This document shows positions 1 through 9,271 of a stretch of DNA of 64,000 nt, one piece after another. Every line of letters starts with the position of its first letter. The stretch's first letter is position 1. Position numbers and translations under genes: made by a program. Under the pieces are notes generated by a model that worked only from the letters and a program-made list of their open reading frames with translations, was not told the origin of the DNA and ran no database searches. This DNA comes from Terriglobia bacterium (GTDB lineage Bacteria; Acidobacteriota; Terriglobia; UBA7540). The DNA is taken from positions 4,857-68,856 of the forward strand of contig JBOGJS010000130.1 in the NCBI GenBank assembly GCA_050745365.1. The letters are read 5' to 3'.

Positions 1-833
1 TACGGGCAGGTAAAACCCGTTGGCGGAGTGTAAGGGCTCGGCGTCATGCTTTGCGTCGTCGCAACGTTATTCACCGCGCAGCCTGCTGCGTTCGCCGCGG
101 CACCCGCCGCCATGGCCGAGGAATTCGCCGCCGTGGCTGCTGAAGTAGCCGCCGCCGCCTGCGAGTCTGCGGCATTGGCCGCGTCACGGGCATCGCCGGC
201 ACGCGACATGCCAATGCCAGCCAGGATGGCCGCTGCCACGCCTGCGCCCAAAGCGCCTGCCTCAAGGCCCTCATTGCCACTTACAAGCTTCTGCGAGGTC
301 CCTGTCTGGGGCATAGCCGCATTTTTGGGGAGCAGTGTAATGGTTTTGCCTTGAGCTACGTCCATGGCGCGACCGTTCCCTGTGACATGGAGGGAGCCCT
401 CTTTGGCGGTCACCATCACGTCGCCATTCAGCATGGCAACCCGACCAATCGTTTTATAGCCTTTGGCAGGGGTAATTGACCAGCTCGCGGCGTCTACAGC
501 AACTGCAGAGCCATTCGCCGGGTGAAACAGTGAAACGTTACCCTTGGCCAGCGCGAGAGTCACACCATCGACCCCTTTGAAGAACTGAGCTTGCGTCTCA
601 CTCCCGAGGGTCATACGGCTCCCGTTTGCCAGGGCGATTACAGCCGCGCCTTCGTTCACCTGCAACTGATCGCCACTAAAAACGGTGCCATTGGCAAGGA
701 GGGCTTGCCCGCTGACGGTGGCATTCAGGCTACCTGCAACGGTGCCAATAGCCGCTGAACCCGCAAAGATCGGAGCCGCGCCCACGACGCCCAACAGGAG
801 TAGGAACAGCGTAATACGAAATTTCATCGACAT
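1..833 (-). CDS. secreted/membrane-anchored hypothetical protein (N-terminal part; ORF runs off left window edge)
   Basis: Absent from the ORF track because it has no stop in the window. ATG at 833-831, AAGGAG (RC of 842-847) 8 nt upstream. I translated the frame by hand to position 1 with no stop. Signal-peptide-like N-terminus MSMKFRITLFLLLLGVVGAAPIFA; later hydrophobic stretch GALGAGVAAAILAGIGM. Confidence 0.6.
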   Translation of the reverse strand, partial: MSMKFRITLFLLLLGVVGAAPIFAGSAAIGTVAGSLNATVSGQALLANGTVFSGDQLQVNEGAAVIALANGSRMTLGSETQAQFFKGVDGVTLALAKGNVSLFHPANGSAVAVDAASWSITPAKGYKTIGRVAMLNGDVMVTAKEGSLHVTGNGRAMDVAQGKTITLLPKNAAMPQTGTSQKLVSGNEGLEAGALGAGVAAAILAGIGMSRAGDARDAANAADSQAAAATSAATAANSSAMAAGAAANAAGCAVNNVATTQSMTPSPYTPPTGFTCP

Positions 834-924
834 GTGGTTAACTCCTTTTTAGCTAAGGGCTGGGAGCTATTCACTCCTCACCCGGGTTTACTTTGGAGGA
901 TGCCCTAACTTCAAAATCATCCTC

Positions 925-953
925 ACTATATGGAAAGCTTCCTCTGTTGTCAA
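925..953 (-). promoter_or_regulatory. sigma-70-type promoter candidate for the leftward secreted-protein gene
   Basis: On the minus strand: TTGACA (RC of 948-953), 17-nt spacer, TATAGT (RC of 925-930), about 85 nt upstream of the ATG at 833. Confidence 0.4.
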
Positions 954-1123
954 CTACTTTTTAAAAAAATTCTTGACGGTCCGTCTATTGCTCGCTTTAA
1001 CTTCGGGGGGACGCCTTTCGGCGCATTCCGCGTTCCCGCCCTGCAGAACATGCTCTTAGATCCGGGAAATCGCAAACGAAGCTACCGTACCGCAGGTTTA
1101 TCTGCATGTCAACTACTTTTTGA

Positions 1124-1594
1124 TTATACTCCGCCGGCTCCGCGCAGCGCCGCCAAGACTTCGTGAATATGGCCGTCCACCTTGACCCGGGGAAACACGT
1201 TTTTCACCATGCCGTCAGGATCGAGGATGTAGGTGGTGCGGGCCACGCCCATCGTCTTGCGGCCGTACATGTTTTTTTCCTGCCACACGCCATAAGCTTC
1301 CAGCGTCTGATGGCTGGTATCGGAAAGCAAAGGGAAATTCAGACTGTATTTCTCGCGAAAGTTGCGCAGCTCTTCCACGCTGTCCCCGCTCATTCCCACC
1401 ACACGCGCCCCGGCTTTTTCCAGTTCCTTCTTGGCGTCACGGAACTGGTTGGCTTCGCTGGTACAACCTGGCGTATCCGCGCGGGGATAAAAATAAAGAA
1501 CAAGCGTGTTTCCAAGTAGTTCTTTCAGGGTCAATGGCTCTCCGGAGTCCGACGGCAGCGTAAAAGCCGGCGCCTTCTCACCTACATTCAGCAT
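1124..1594 (-). CDS. bcp: thioredoxin-dependent peroxiredoxin Bcp
   Basis: 156 aa; AhpC/TSA signature FYPRADTPGCTSEA containing the peroxidatic Cys; typical Bcp length. Confidence 0.85.
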   Translation of the reverse strand: MLNVGEKAPAFTLPSDSGEPLTLKELLGNTLVLYFYPRADTPGCTSEANQFRDAKKELEKAGARVVGMSGDSVEELRNFREKYSLNFPLLSDTSHQTLEAYGVWQEKNMYGRKTMGVARTTYILDPDGMVKNVFPRVKVDGHIHEVLAALRGAGGV

Positions 1595-1597
1595 GGT

Positions 1598-3064
1598 TCA
1601 CTCCTTGACGAGTTCTTCCTGCAAGATGTCCCGGACCAGTTGGGGATTCGCCTGACCTCGCGTCGCTTTCATCACCTGGCCCACAAACCATCCCAACGTT
1701 GCGGTTTTGCCACCGCGATACTGCTCCACCTGTTTCGGATGGGCGTGGATAATTTCTCCGGCGGCAGCGCGAATCTTTTCAGGATCCTCAATCTGCTCGA
1801 AATCCTTTTCCACGATCACCTGTGCGGGCGCCTTGCCTGTCCGAACCATTTCTCCCAAGATCTCTTTCGCCATCTTTCCGGAGATTGTCCCCTGAGCAAC
1901 AAGAGAAACCAGCGCCGCCATATCCGCTGGCAGCACGGGATTTTCGGCAAACGCGCGCCCGCTCTCTTCGAGCGTGAATGTCAGGTCATTCAGGATCCAG
2001 TTGGCCGAGAGTTTCGGCTCGCCGGAGAGCTTCGCGACTTCTTCGAAGTAACCCGCCATCTCCCGCGAAAGGACAAGAAGCTCGGCATCCTGTTTTGGCA
2101 GGGCGTATTGCCGCAGGAACCGATCTCTCGAGGCCTGTGGCAACTCACGCAGAGTGCTTCGCACTTCTTCCTTCCACTTCTCGCTCACCCTGACGGGCAG
2201 CAGATCCGGTTCCGGGAAATAGCGGTAATCGTGCGCAAATTCTTTGGACCTCATGCTGTAAGTGCGTTGTTCACGGCTGTCCCATAGGCGGGTTTCCTGC
2301 TTCACCTCGCCGCCGCATTCGAGAAGCTTCATCTGGCGCTCCGTTTCATAAGCCAGTGCGCGCTGAAGGAAGCGAAACGAGTTGAGGTTCTTCACTTCGG
2401 TTTTTGTTCCAAGGCCCGTTGCGCCGGTCGGGCGCATGCTGGCGTTGGCGTCGCAGCGCAGGCTGCCTTCTTCCATGTTGCAGTCCGATACTTCGAGATA
2501 AAGCATCAGTGTCTTGAGCCGGGTGAGAAAGTCGTGCGCTTCCTCGGGCGAGCGCAGGTCCGGTTCGGTGACAATCTCGATGAGCGGCACGCCGGAGCGA
2601 TTGAGGTCGATATAGGAATGGTGGGCTGAATCCGGAAAGCCTTCATGAAGGGACTTCCCAGCGTCTTCTTCGAGGTGAACACGCGTGATGCCGATGCGCT
2701 TACGCCTGCCGTCCGCTTCAGTCTCGAGCCAGCCGTTTTCCGCAAGCGGCTCATCGTACTGCGAAATTTGGTATCCCTTGGGAAGGTCCGGATAAAAGTA
2801 GTTCTTGCGCGCGAAGCGCGAGCTCGGGTTGATACTGCAATTGAGGGCCATGGCTGCTTTCATCGCCATAGTCACGGCTTCGCGGTTAAGGACGGGCAAG
2901 GCACCCGGCAGGCCCAGGCATACGGGGCAGGTGTGGGTGTTCGGCGGATCACCGAAGCGGGTGGAACAGCCGCAAAAAATCTTCGAGCGCGTGAGGAGCT
3001 GAACGTGAACTTCCAGCCCGATCACCACTTCGTGCCGCGATCGCACCTCCATGGCTGTCGGCAT
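1598..3064 (-). CDS. gatB: Asp-tRNA(Asn)/Glu-tRNA(Gln) amidotransferase subunit B
   Basis: 488 aa; GatB hallmarks [29 protein letters not shown], and a C-terminal GatB/YqeY-type tail (GKMAKEIL...GQVMK). Confidence 0.95.
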   Translation of the reverse strand: MPTAMEVRSRHEVVIGLEVHVQLLTRSKIFCGCSTRFGDPPNTHTCPVCLGLPGALPVLNREAVTMAMKAAMALNCSINPSSRFARKNYFYPDLPKGYQISQYDEPLAENGWLETEADGRRKRIGITRVHLEEDAGKSLHEGFPDSAHHSYIDLNRSGVPLIEIVTEPDLRSPEEAHDFLTRLKTLMLYLEVSDCNMEEGSLRCDANASMRPTGATGLGTKTEVKNLNSFRFLQRALAYETERQMKLLECGGEVKQETRLWDSREQRTYSMRSKEFAHDYRYFPEPDLLPVRVSEKWKEEVRSTLRELPQASRDRFLRQYALPKQDAELLVLSREMAGYFEEVAKLSGEPKLSANWILNDLTFTLEESGRAFAENPVLPADMAALVSLVAQGTISGKMAKEILGEMVRTGKAPAQVIVEKDFEQIEDPEKIRAAAGEIIHAHPKQVEQYRGGKTATLGWFVGQVMKATRGQANPQLVRDILQEELVKE

Positions 3065-3232
3065 GAGCTAAAACCCGACCCGTAAAACAAGAACCCATTA
3101 TACCGGATGAATCGTACCACGTGGCGCGAGCATCGACCTTTATATGGCCTCAATGCGGGTCTCCGCTTGCCAGAGCCGCCGGAGAGGAGGGGCGCTCACG
3201 AAAACACAAACATCGTAAAGCAAGGAGGTCTT

Positions 3233-3958
3233 ATGCCTGAATTACAGCCCTCTGATCAACCACCTGGCGGAGCAATGCCGCCCTTTCGGGTGGATGTCAA
3301 TGTCCGCCAACTGCTCACGAACTCCAGGCCAAGAACGCTCATACCGCCCACGCCCCCCTCGCGCGGTCCCGGGCTCCCTGAGCCGGTATTTCCGCAGCGT
3401 CCGGAGCTTCTGGGCGATGATGGCCTCCCGCTTCCGCGCCCTGCACCCGGTGAATCGCCTTACCACCGTCGCTGGACGCCTGGCCTCATCTATCACGCGA
3501 TGCGCGGCTGGCTGTTTCCGTATATCGAGTCGCGGGTGCTGCCGGGTGATTTCCATCCGCTCGTCGCTTACCTCTTCACGGAATGGAAGTGCAACCTTGA
3601 TCGCCACTACTGCTGGGCGTTTGACAACCGCGTGAAGGGGATGACCGAAAACACGGCCCGCCGCTCGATTGACTGGCTTCATTCGACCACTTGCCGCGTG
3701 CTGGCGCTGATGGGCGGAGAACCGCTCCTGCGCCCCGACATGGTCCACAAGGTGGTTTATCATGCCGCGAAGAAGGGTTTCTGGGTGTATTTACCGACGA
3801 ACGCGCGTCTGCTGCGGCCCGAAGTCATTGACCGCATCGGCGACGCTGGCGTGGCGACGGTCAACTTCGCTGTGGATGCGGTCGAGGAAAAGCCGGGCCT
3901 GCCGAAAGCCCTGAAGCCGGTCCGGAAATATTTCGATTATCTCATCAAGAAGCAATAA
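3233..3958 (+). CDS. radical-SAM-like protein, probably degenerate (cluster-ligand Cys replaced, short C-terminus)
   Basis: ATG 3233 preceded by AAGGAGG. The motif region reads KCNLDRHYCW (3590-3613), i.e. C-x3-R-x2-C instead of C-x3-C-x2-C (codon CGC where TGC is expected). GGEPLL motif follows. The ORF stops about 100 aa after it, shorter than I would expect for this family. Confidence 0.45.
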   Translation: MPELQPSDQPPGGAMPPFRVDVNVRQLLTNSRPRTLIPPTPPSRGPGLPEPVFPQRPELLGDDGLPLPRPAPGESPYHRRWTPGLIYHAMRGWLFPYIESRVLPGDFHPLVAYLFTEWKCNLDRHYCWAFDNRVKGMTENTARRSIDWLHSTTCRVLALMGGEPLLRPDMVHKVVYHAAKKGFWVYLPTNARLLRPEVIDRIGDAGVATVNFAVDAVEEKPGLPKALKPVRKYFDYLIKKQ

Positions 3959-4019
3959 TCAAGTGGATGCTCAAGCAGGCGGCGCAGGGCTTCCAGGGCG
4001 TTAGCGGCAGTTTTGACGA

Positions 4020-4317
4020 TTAAGCAACCGGAACCGGGCGGTGCTCGCTGGCCGACCGGTAGATGGCCTCGATGACAGCCACATCGCGCAAGCCTTGAGT
4101 ACCGTCGGGTTCCAGGTCTTTTCCTCTCCGAACGCAATCCGCAAAGGCATCAATTTCCAGCGTAAACCCGTCCATGCGCGGGAAGAATTTCTCCGCTCCT
4201 ACTGACTACGGCAATCAGCTTTCCTTTTTTCAAATGTCGGAATGCCGGCAGGACGGCGCGCTGCGCGATTCCTCCTAGCCCCACGACCGCATAACCCATT
4301 CGGTCACCCGGTGCCAT
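4020..4317 (-). pseudogene. Gfo/Idh/MocA oxidoreductase remnant with a large internal deletion
   Basis: ATG at 4317 with GGAGG upstream encodes the Rossmann N-terminus MAPGDRMGYAVVGLGGIAQRAVLPAFRHLKKGKLIAVVS and stops after 55 codons. In another frame the typical family C-terminus MDGFTLEIDAFADCVRRGKDLEPDGTQGLRDVAVIEAIYRSASEHRPVPVA* ends at 4020. About 250 central codons are missing. Confidence 0.7.
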
Positions 4318-4337
4318 CTCATTTCCTCCCGAAAGTT

Positions 4338-4435
4338 AATGCCTCAGTTTCGGGCACGGACGTAGCGGCGGGTTTACCCCGCCAGCCCGAAATGGCGGCA
4401 TAAAGCCGCCTCTACGCGCCCGAAACTGAGGCATT
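4338..4435. repeat. structured intergenic repeat, copy A (18-bp terminal inverted repeats plus double-hairpin core)
   Basis: AATGCCTCAGTTTCGGGC (4338-4355) is the reverse complement of 4418-4435. Core GTAGCGGCGGGTTTACCCCGCC...GGCGGCATAAAGCCGCCTCTAC contains two GC hairpins. Near-identical inverted copy at 60186-60282; core-related copy at 43006-43128. Confidence 0.85.
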
Positions 4436-4601
4436 TTACCCCAGAAGAAGTATGCATTGTAGCGTGAATTGTTCTACCTGAGCGGAGGTAGATAGCCCGG
4501 CTTTGCCGCCGTCTGAGCGGCAACGGGCGGAAAAATGCCGGCGCCCGGCGTTTCTGCCGTTTTCTTTACACTTTCCACCGCATTCCTGCATACTGGGCCT
4601 T

Positions 4602-5537
4602 ATGCAACTGCCTCCAAAGCTTTGGTTTAAGGTGCAGAGGCTGAAGGCGGCCCTTCGCTCTGTTTTCGGTCAAAAAGAGCAGTCTTATGACACCTCGCTG
4701 CGCATGTGCCCCTCATGCCGCGGTTTGATCGCCCGCAGCGCCTCGGTATGTCCGCTGTGTGGCGCGCGTACCGGCGGCGCGCGGTCGCGGCCCAGTTCCA
4801 CGCCTGGCCGCGTGATGGGGGGGATTATCCCGGTTCCGAGCACCGCCAATTCCGTCGTCATCGGCTTCACGGTGCTCATGTACATCATCTCCTGGATTAT
4901 GACGCAGCGCCTGGCCGCCGCCACCACGCAGCCGGCGCCGGCGCTCGGCGGCATTGCCACCGAGGTTCTCGCGCGCCTGGGCGCCAAGGGCCCCTGGATT
5001 TTCGTTGGCCAATACTGGCGCTTGGTCACGGCGATTTTCCTGCACGCGGGCTTAATTCACATCGGGTTTAACCTGTGGTGCCTCATTGATGTCGGGCCAA
5101 TGGTGGAAGACCTTTTTGGCAGTGCCAAGTACGTGGTGTTTTATCTGGCCACCGGAGTCTTCGGGTATGTCGTCAGCGCCTTATGGCACCCGTTCGGCCT
5201 TTCGATCGGAGCTTCCGGAGCCATTATGGGGCTCATCGGCATCCTGATTGGCGCCAGCTACCACCTCGGCTCCATGGGTAAGGAACTCCGCCGGCAGCTT
5301 TGGCGATGGGTAATCTACATTGTCATTTTCAGTCTGCTTCCCATGTTCTCCATTGATAATGCCGCACACGCGGGCGGTTTCCTTTCCGGGCTGCTGCTGG
5401 GCTATCTTGTTTCCACCGGCGAACCCCGGACGCGCGCCACCGAAACCCTCTGGAACACCCTGGCGATCATCGCCGTCATTGTGATTGCCGGGTCGTTTGC
5501 GCTGATGGCGATGAACTTGTCGCATCCTTTAAGGTAG
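4602..5537 (+). CDS. rhomboid-family intramembrane serine protease with N-terminal zinc ribbon
   Basis: CPSCRGLI...CPLCGA zinc ribbon; multiple TM helices; catalytic GASGAIMGL (Ser) and AHAGGF (His) motifs. The ATG at 4602 is more plausible than the TTG at 4503 given in the track. Confidence 0.85.
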   Translation: MQLPPKLWFKVQRLKAALRSVFGQKEQSYDTSLRMCPSCRGLIARSASVCPLCGARTGGARSRPSSTPGRVMGGIIPVPSTANSVVIGFTVLMYIISWIMTQRLAAATTQPAPALGGIATEVLARLGAKGPWIFVGQYWRLVTAIFLHAGLIHIGFNLWCLIDVGPMVEDLFGSAKYVVFYLATGVFGYVVSALWHPFGLSIGASGAIMGLIGILIGASYHLGSMGKELRRQLWRWVIYIVIFSLLPMFSIDNAAHAGGFLSGLLLGYLVSTGEPRTRATETLWNTLAIIAVIVIAGSFALMAMNLSHPLR

Positions 5538-5555
5538 CTTGCGAATCTTAAATCC

Positions 5556-7475
5556 ATGGAGGAAATAGCTTCGCGCCGTTCCGCCGTCCCGAAGGCAGAG
5601 AATTCTCCCCGCTGGTGGGAGATGCTTCCCGACGTCTGGGAGTTCCTTCGGCCGCGCCGCATCCACATTGCCATAGGCTTTGTCCTGATGGCTGTGAACC
5701 GCATCGCCGGGCTGGTGCTTCCCTACTCTTCTAAATACCTGATTGACGACGTCATGCGTGCCCGCCACGTCCGTCTTCTTGTCCCTATCATTGCTGCCGT
5801 CCTGGCCGCAACGGCGGTGAAGGGTGTTACCTCCTTTGGACTTACGCAGGTGCTTTCCAAGGAAGCTCAGCGGCTGATTACGAGCCTGCGCGTCCGCGTG
5901 CAATCGCACGTGGCGCGCCTTCCTGTCGCCTATTACGATTCGAACAAGACCGGCACGCTCGTGGCGCGCATCATGACCGACGTTGAAGGGTTACGGAACC
6001 TGCTGGGCACGGGCCTCGTCCAGTTTGCCGGCGGCCTGATGACCTCTCTTTTCGCGCTCGCCGTTCTTCTGAGTATCAGCCCTAGGATGACGGTGCTCGC
6101 GGTTGGAATTCTCGTCATCTTCGCTCTGACTATGCGCAAGGCGTTTGTCGTGATCCGGCCTATTTTCCGCGAGCGGCGCAAGATCAACGCCGAAGTCACT
6201 GGACGGCTCACCGAATCGCTGGGCGGCGTCCGTGTTGTAAAGGGATATCACCAGGAAGAGCGCGAGCGGGCGGTCTTCTTTGGCGGCGCCGGGCGGTTGC
6301 TTGATAACGTCCTCCGCACGCTGGACGCCACGTCTTACATGGGGCTGGCCTCGACGATGCTAGTGGGCGTCGTAGGGGCTCTCGTGATGTATCTTGGCGC
6401 GCACGAGTACCTGGCCGGGCGGATGACAGAGGGAACCTTCGTCACCTACACCCTTTTCCTCGGGCTCCTCGTCGCCCCCGTCATCCAGATTGTTGGCGTG
6501 GGCACACAACTGAGCGAGGCGATGGCGGGGCTCGAGCGCACCCGCGAAGTGCTGGCCGAGCAGCCAGAAGATGCCGATCCCAAAAGGACCATTCGGCTGG
6601 ATTCGATTGATGGCGCGGTCCGCTTTGAGGCTGTTTCCTTCTCCTACGCGGCGCGCAAACCAGTCTTGCGCGACGTCAGCTTTGAAGCCGCGCCGGGACC
6701 CGTCACCGCCCTGGTGGGCCCCTCCGGCTCCGGCAAGTCCACTCTCATCGGGCTCATCTGTGCCTTTTATGTTCCGGGTTCAGGCCGGATTTACATGGAT
6801 GACGTCGATTTGAGCGAGGTTCGACTGGATTGTTATCGCACCCAGCTTGGCGTGGTGCTGCAAGAGTCTTTTCTGTTTGACGGCACCATTCGGGAAAACG
6901 TCGCCTTCTCGCGTCCAGATGCGAGTGAAGAAGAAATCCTGCGCGCTTGCCGCATTGCGCGCGTCGATGAATTCGCGGAGCGCTTCGACGAGCGCTATGA
7001 AACTGTCGTCGGCGAGCGTGGCGTGAAGCTTTCAGGCGGCCAGCGCCAGCGCGTTTCGATCGCTCGCGCGATTCTCGCCAACCCGCGCATCCTGATTCTG
7101 GATGAAGCCACATCGAGCCTCGATTCCGAATCTGAAGCCCAGATTCAGGAAGGCCTTTCCTACCTCATGCAGGGCAGAACCACGTTCGTGATCGCTCACC
7201 GTCTTTCAACCATCCGCAAAGCGGACCAGATCCTGGTGGTGGAGGACGGTCGCATCATTGAGCGCGGCACGCATGCCTCGCTGTATGGCTTGGGCGGCCG
7301 CTATTTTGAGCTTTACACGCGCCAGCACGGCGTGGAATCCAACCTTTTCCTCGTACCAGGCGAAGAAAATGCGGAGTCATCGCCGCCTTCCGCGTTCGAG
7401 TCGGAGGAGGCTGTGGCAGCGGGAGACCGCGAATCATCGCAGCCCGATCTATTTCCATTCATCCCCGGCTCGTGA
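5556..7475 (+). CDS. ABC exporter, fused permease/ATPase (MsbA/multidrug-like)
   Basis: 639 aa; N-terminal 6-TM domain; Walker A GPSGSGKST, signature LSGGQRQR, Walker B ILILDEATS. Confidence 0.9.
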   Translation: MEEIASRRSAVPKAENSPRWWEMLPDVWEFLRPRRIHIAIGFVLMAVNRIAGLVLPYSSKYLIDDVMRARHVRLLVPIIAAVLAATAVKGVTSFGLTQVLSKEAQRLITSLRVRVQSHVARLPVAYYDSNKTGTLVARIMTDVEGLRNLLGTGLVQFAGGLMTSLFALAVLLSISPRMTVLAVGILVIFALTMRKAFVVIRPIFRERRKINAEVTGRLTESLGGVRVVKGYHQEERERAVFFGGAGRLLDNVLRTLDATSYMGLASTMLVGVVGALVMYLGAHEYLAGRMTEGTFVTYTLFLGLLVAPVIQIVGVGTQLSEAMAGLERTREVLAEQPEDADPKRTIRLDSIDGAVRFEAVSFSYAARKPVLRDVSFEAAPGPVTALVGPSGSGKSTLIGLICAFYVPGSGRIYMDDVDLSEVRLDCYRTQLGVVLQESFLFDGTIRENVAFSRPDASEEEILRACRIARVDEFAERFDERYETVVGERGVKLSGGQRQRVSIARAILANPRILILDEATSSLDSESEAQIQEGLSYLMQGRTTFVIAHRLSTIRKADQILVVEDGRIIERGTHASLYGLGGRYFELYTRQHGVESNLFLVPGEENAESSPPSAFESEEAVAAGDRESSQPDLFPFIPGS

Positions 7476-7515
7476 ACTGCCAACCGGCTACACAAACGTG
7501 AAAGGCGCGGTTTCA

Positions 7516-7544
7516 TTGACTTTTGTGGCGAGGCGTGCTAAAAC
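7516..7544 (+). promoter_or_regulatory. possible promoter of the tRNA-Ala gene
   Basis: TTGACT (7516-7521), 17-nt spacer, TAAAAC (7539-7544), about 30 nt upstream of the tRNA 5' end. Confidence 0.3.
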
Positions 7545-7575
7545 CAGGATACTTGGAAATGATCGATATCAAGCT

Positions 7576-7651
7576 GGGCCTGTGGCGCAGTTGGGAGCGC
7601 GCATGACTGGCAGTCATGAGGTCGAGGGTTCGAACCCCTCCAGGTCCACCA
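7576..7651 (+). tRNA. tRNA-Ala (anticodon GGC), CCA encoded
   Basis: Cloverleaf folded by hand: acceptor GGGCCUG/CAGGUCC with the Ala identity pair G3:U70; anticodon stem CAUGA/UCAUG with loop CU-GGC-AG; T arm GAGGG-UUCGAAC-CCCUC; 3' ACCA. Confidence 0.9.
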
Positions 7652-8152
7652 ACTAACCCACAGAGCAGCAACAGCATACGACATCTCATCAACTAGTCTG
7701 CTAGCCCACATAAGCCCTCACTGTGGTAAAAACTACCCGCTAATGGCCGCAGTGCTAAAGCTCCTCAGTGCCGAGTACAGCGCGAAGCAGCAAGATGGGT
7801 CCCGTGACAGGCGCGGCAGTCCGCGTCGAACAACCGAAGCGGCCAGGTGGCGGCGCTCGCTAGCGTCGCGTCACAATCGATTCAGTTAGAACGGGGTGCA
7901 GCGAGGCCGCGTTCGGTGCATGCTGGCCGAAGTAGGATCTCATTGGTTCTGGTCGCCAAGCGGTGATTGGTGCTGGGCTACCGCGCTTCCCGGTCCTCTG
8001 CTCTGTTTGCTGTTCAGAATCAGGAAGGTGGAGTGCGTGCTCGTCCCGCGACGTTATTCATCATACAACAACCGGTTACTCGTCTAGATACTCCCCAGCT
8101 TTGTAATTATCGACTAGAATGGCCCAACTCAAGCTAAGGAGAAATTACCAAG

Positions 8153-9061
8153 ATGTCGCGCCCTGCGAGGTTGCTTAATGCCCCCCTCATCGCTGAAATG
8201 GACCCAGCTGCAGCCGCCACGCTGTTGGAAGAAATGGGAGATTGTGGGGCGGCGGAAGACATGCGCCACGATTTCGTGCGGCCCGGCACAGAGGAAATCT
8301 TCGGGTGGGGCAAGCCGAAACCCTGGCAGTATACCGCGCACCAGATTGGGTACATGGCGCCAAACGAGCCCGGGTCCGCAGGCGCGCACCCGATTCAGCC
8401 GATAGGCACTGTCTCGGCCGACGACACGCTCAAAAAGAAAAGGATCAATGTTCATCTCCAACGGCTGCGAGTGTACGCCTACCCCGGCTCGGGCATGCAT
8501 TATGTGATGTTGACGTTCAAGGCGCAAAACCAATTGCGAAATGCGCCCGAACCAGTCGGTTTCAACCAGACGTATAGGGTCCAGGGAGGACAACAGGCGG
8601 GGGTGCTGGGATACCCGATTTTCATCGGCCTGAATGTAGGTACCCTGGGCGTCGCTTTTCAAGCAGCAACCATCAATGTGAAGAACGAGTCGGACGAGAG
8701 AATGCTGGGGTTTCTTAACTCAGCTCCGTTCACCACGGGGCTGAACCTCCTGACCACGGCGCAGCCCGTTCTGAAGCCCTTCACCGAAATGGCGATGGGC
8801 CTGGCCAATATGGTGGCAAATCGGAATAAGAACGTCGCCGTTGAAGAGATATATTTGGGGCTGGATTTCACATCCGTGGCAATGGGCGCGCGGCTGGCCG
8901 TGGGCGATTACATCGTGGTCCAAGTGCCTGAGGAAGGCGCCATCAATTGGAATGATTGGCGGTTTGACGCCGCAGTTGGCGGTATTGTAAGCAAAGCGAT
9001 GCCTTCTTCTGGGATCCCCTACAACTATTTCGTGTTCAGCATCACCCGGTATGAGGAGTAA
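8153..9061 (+). CDS. hypothetical protein (302 aa), first gene of the adaptor-module/trypsin cluster
   Basis: ATG preceded by AAGGAG. No motif I recognise. Acidic N-terminus followed by a Gly/Ala/Leu-rich region (GVLGYPIFIGLNVGTLGVAF; GLNLLTTAQPVLKPFTEMAMGLANMV). Confidence 0.6.
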   Translation: MSRPARLLNAPLIAEMDPAAAATLLEEMGDCGAAEDMRHDFVRPGTEEIFGWGKPKPWQYTAHQIGYMAPNEPGSAGAHPIQPIGTVSADDTLKKKRINVHLQRLRVYAYPGSGMHYVMLTFKAQNQLRNAPEPVGFNQTYRVQGGQQAGVLGYPIFIGLNVGTLGVAFQAATINVKNESDERMLGFLNSAPFTTGLNLLTTAQPVLKPFTEMAMGLANMVANRNKNVAVEEIYLGLDFTSVAMGARLAVGDYIVVQVPEEGAINWNDWRFDAAVGGIVSKAMPSSGIPYNYFVFSITRYEE

Positions 9062-9271
9062 TACTCTCTGCGATCTCTATTTGGGGAACCGCTGCGTAGT
9101 CTGCGCAGCAAGACAGCTGAAGCTGAAGAGGCCCGACGAAATTCGAATGATCTTCTGGTTGACGGGAAGGTTGCCCGCCTGATCTCTACGAAGTTGGTAC
9201 ACAAGACCCGTGTGGAGAATTAACAGGAACGGAAGTAGCGGCGATAGCGTGCTGTCGAGAGGAGGCGGAAA

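Noticed and set aside
46-354. Ala-rich 102-aa plus-strand ORF at the left edge
   Set aside because: It lies opposite the open minus-strand frame, which has a start, an RBS and a signal peptide. The poly-Ala translation is the complement of that gene's Ala/Gly-rich tail.
7652-8152. Search for an att-type direct repeat of the tRNA-Ala 3' end and for an integrase
   Set aside because: Neither was found by eye in the intergenic regions of the window, so I do not annotate a bounded genomic island or mobile element.
8153-9061. Idea that the 302-aa protein upstream of the trypsin-like protease is a bacterial gasdermin (protease-activated pore former)
   Set aside because: The gene context is suggestive, but I see no gasdermin-like sequence features (no N-terminal Cys, no recognisable motifs). 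It is kept only as a hypothesis to test by structure prediction.
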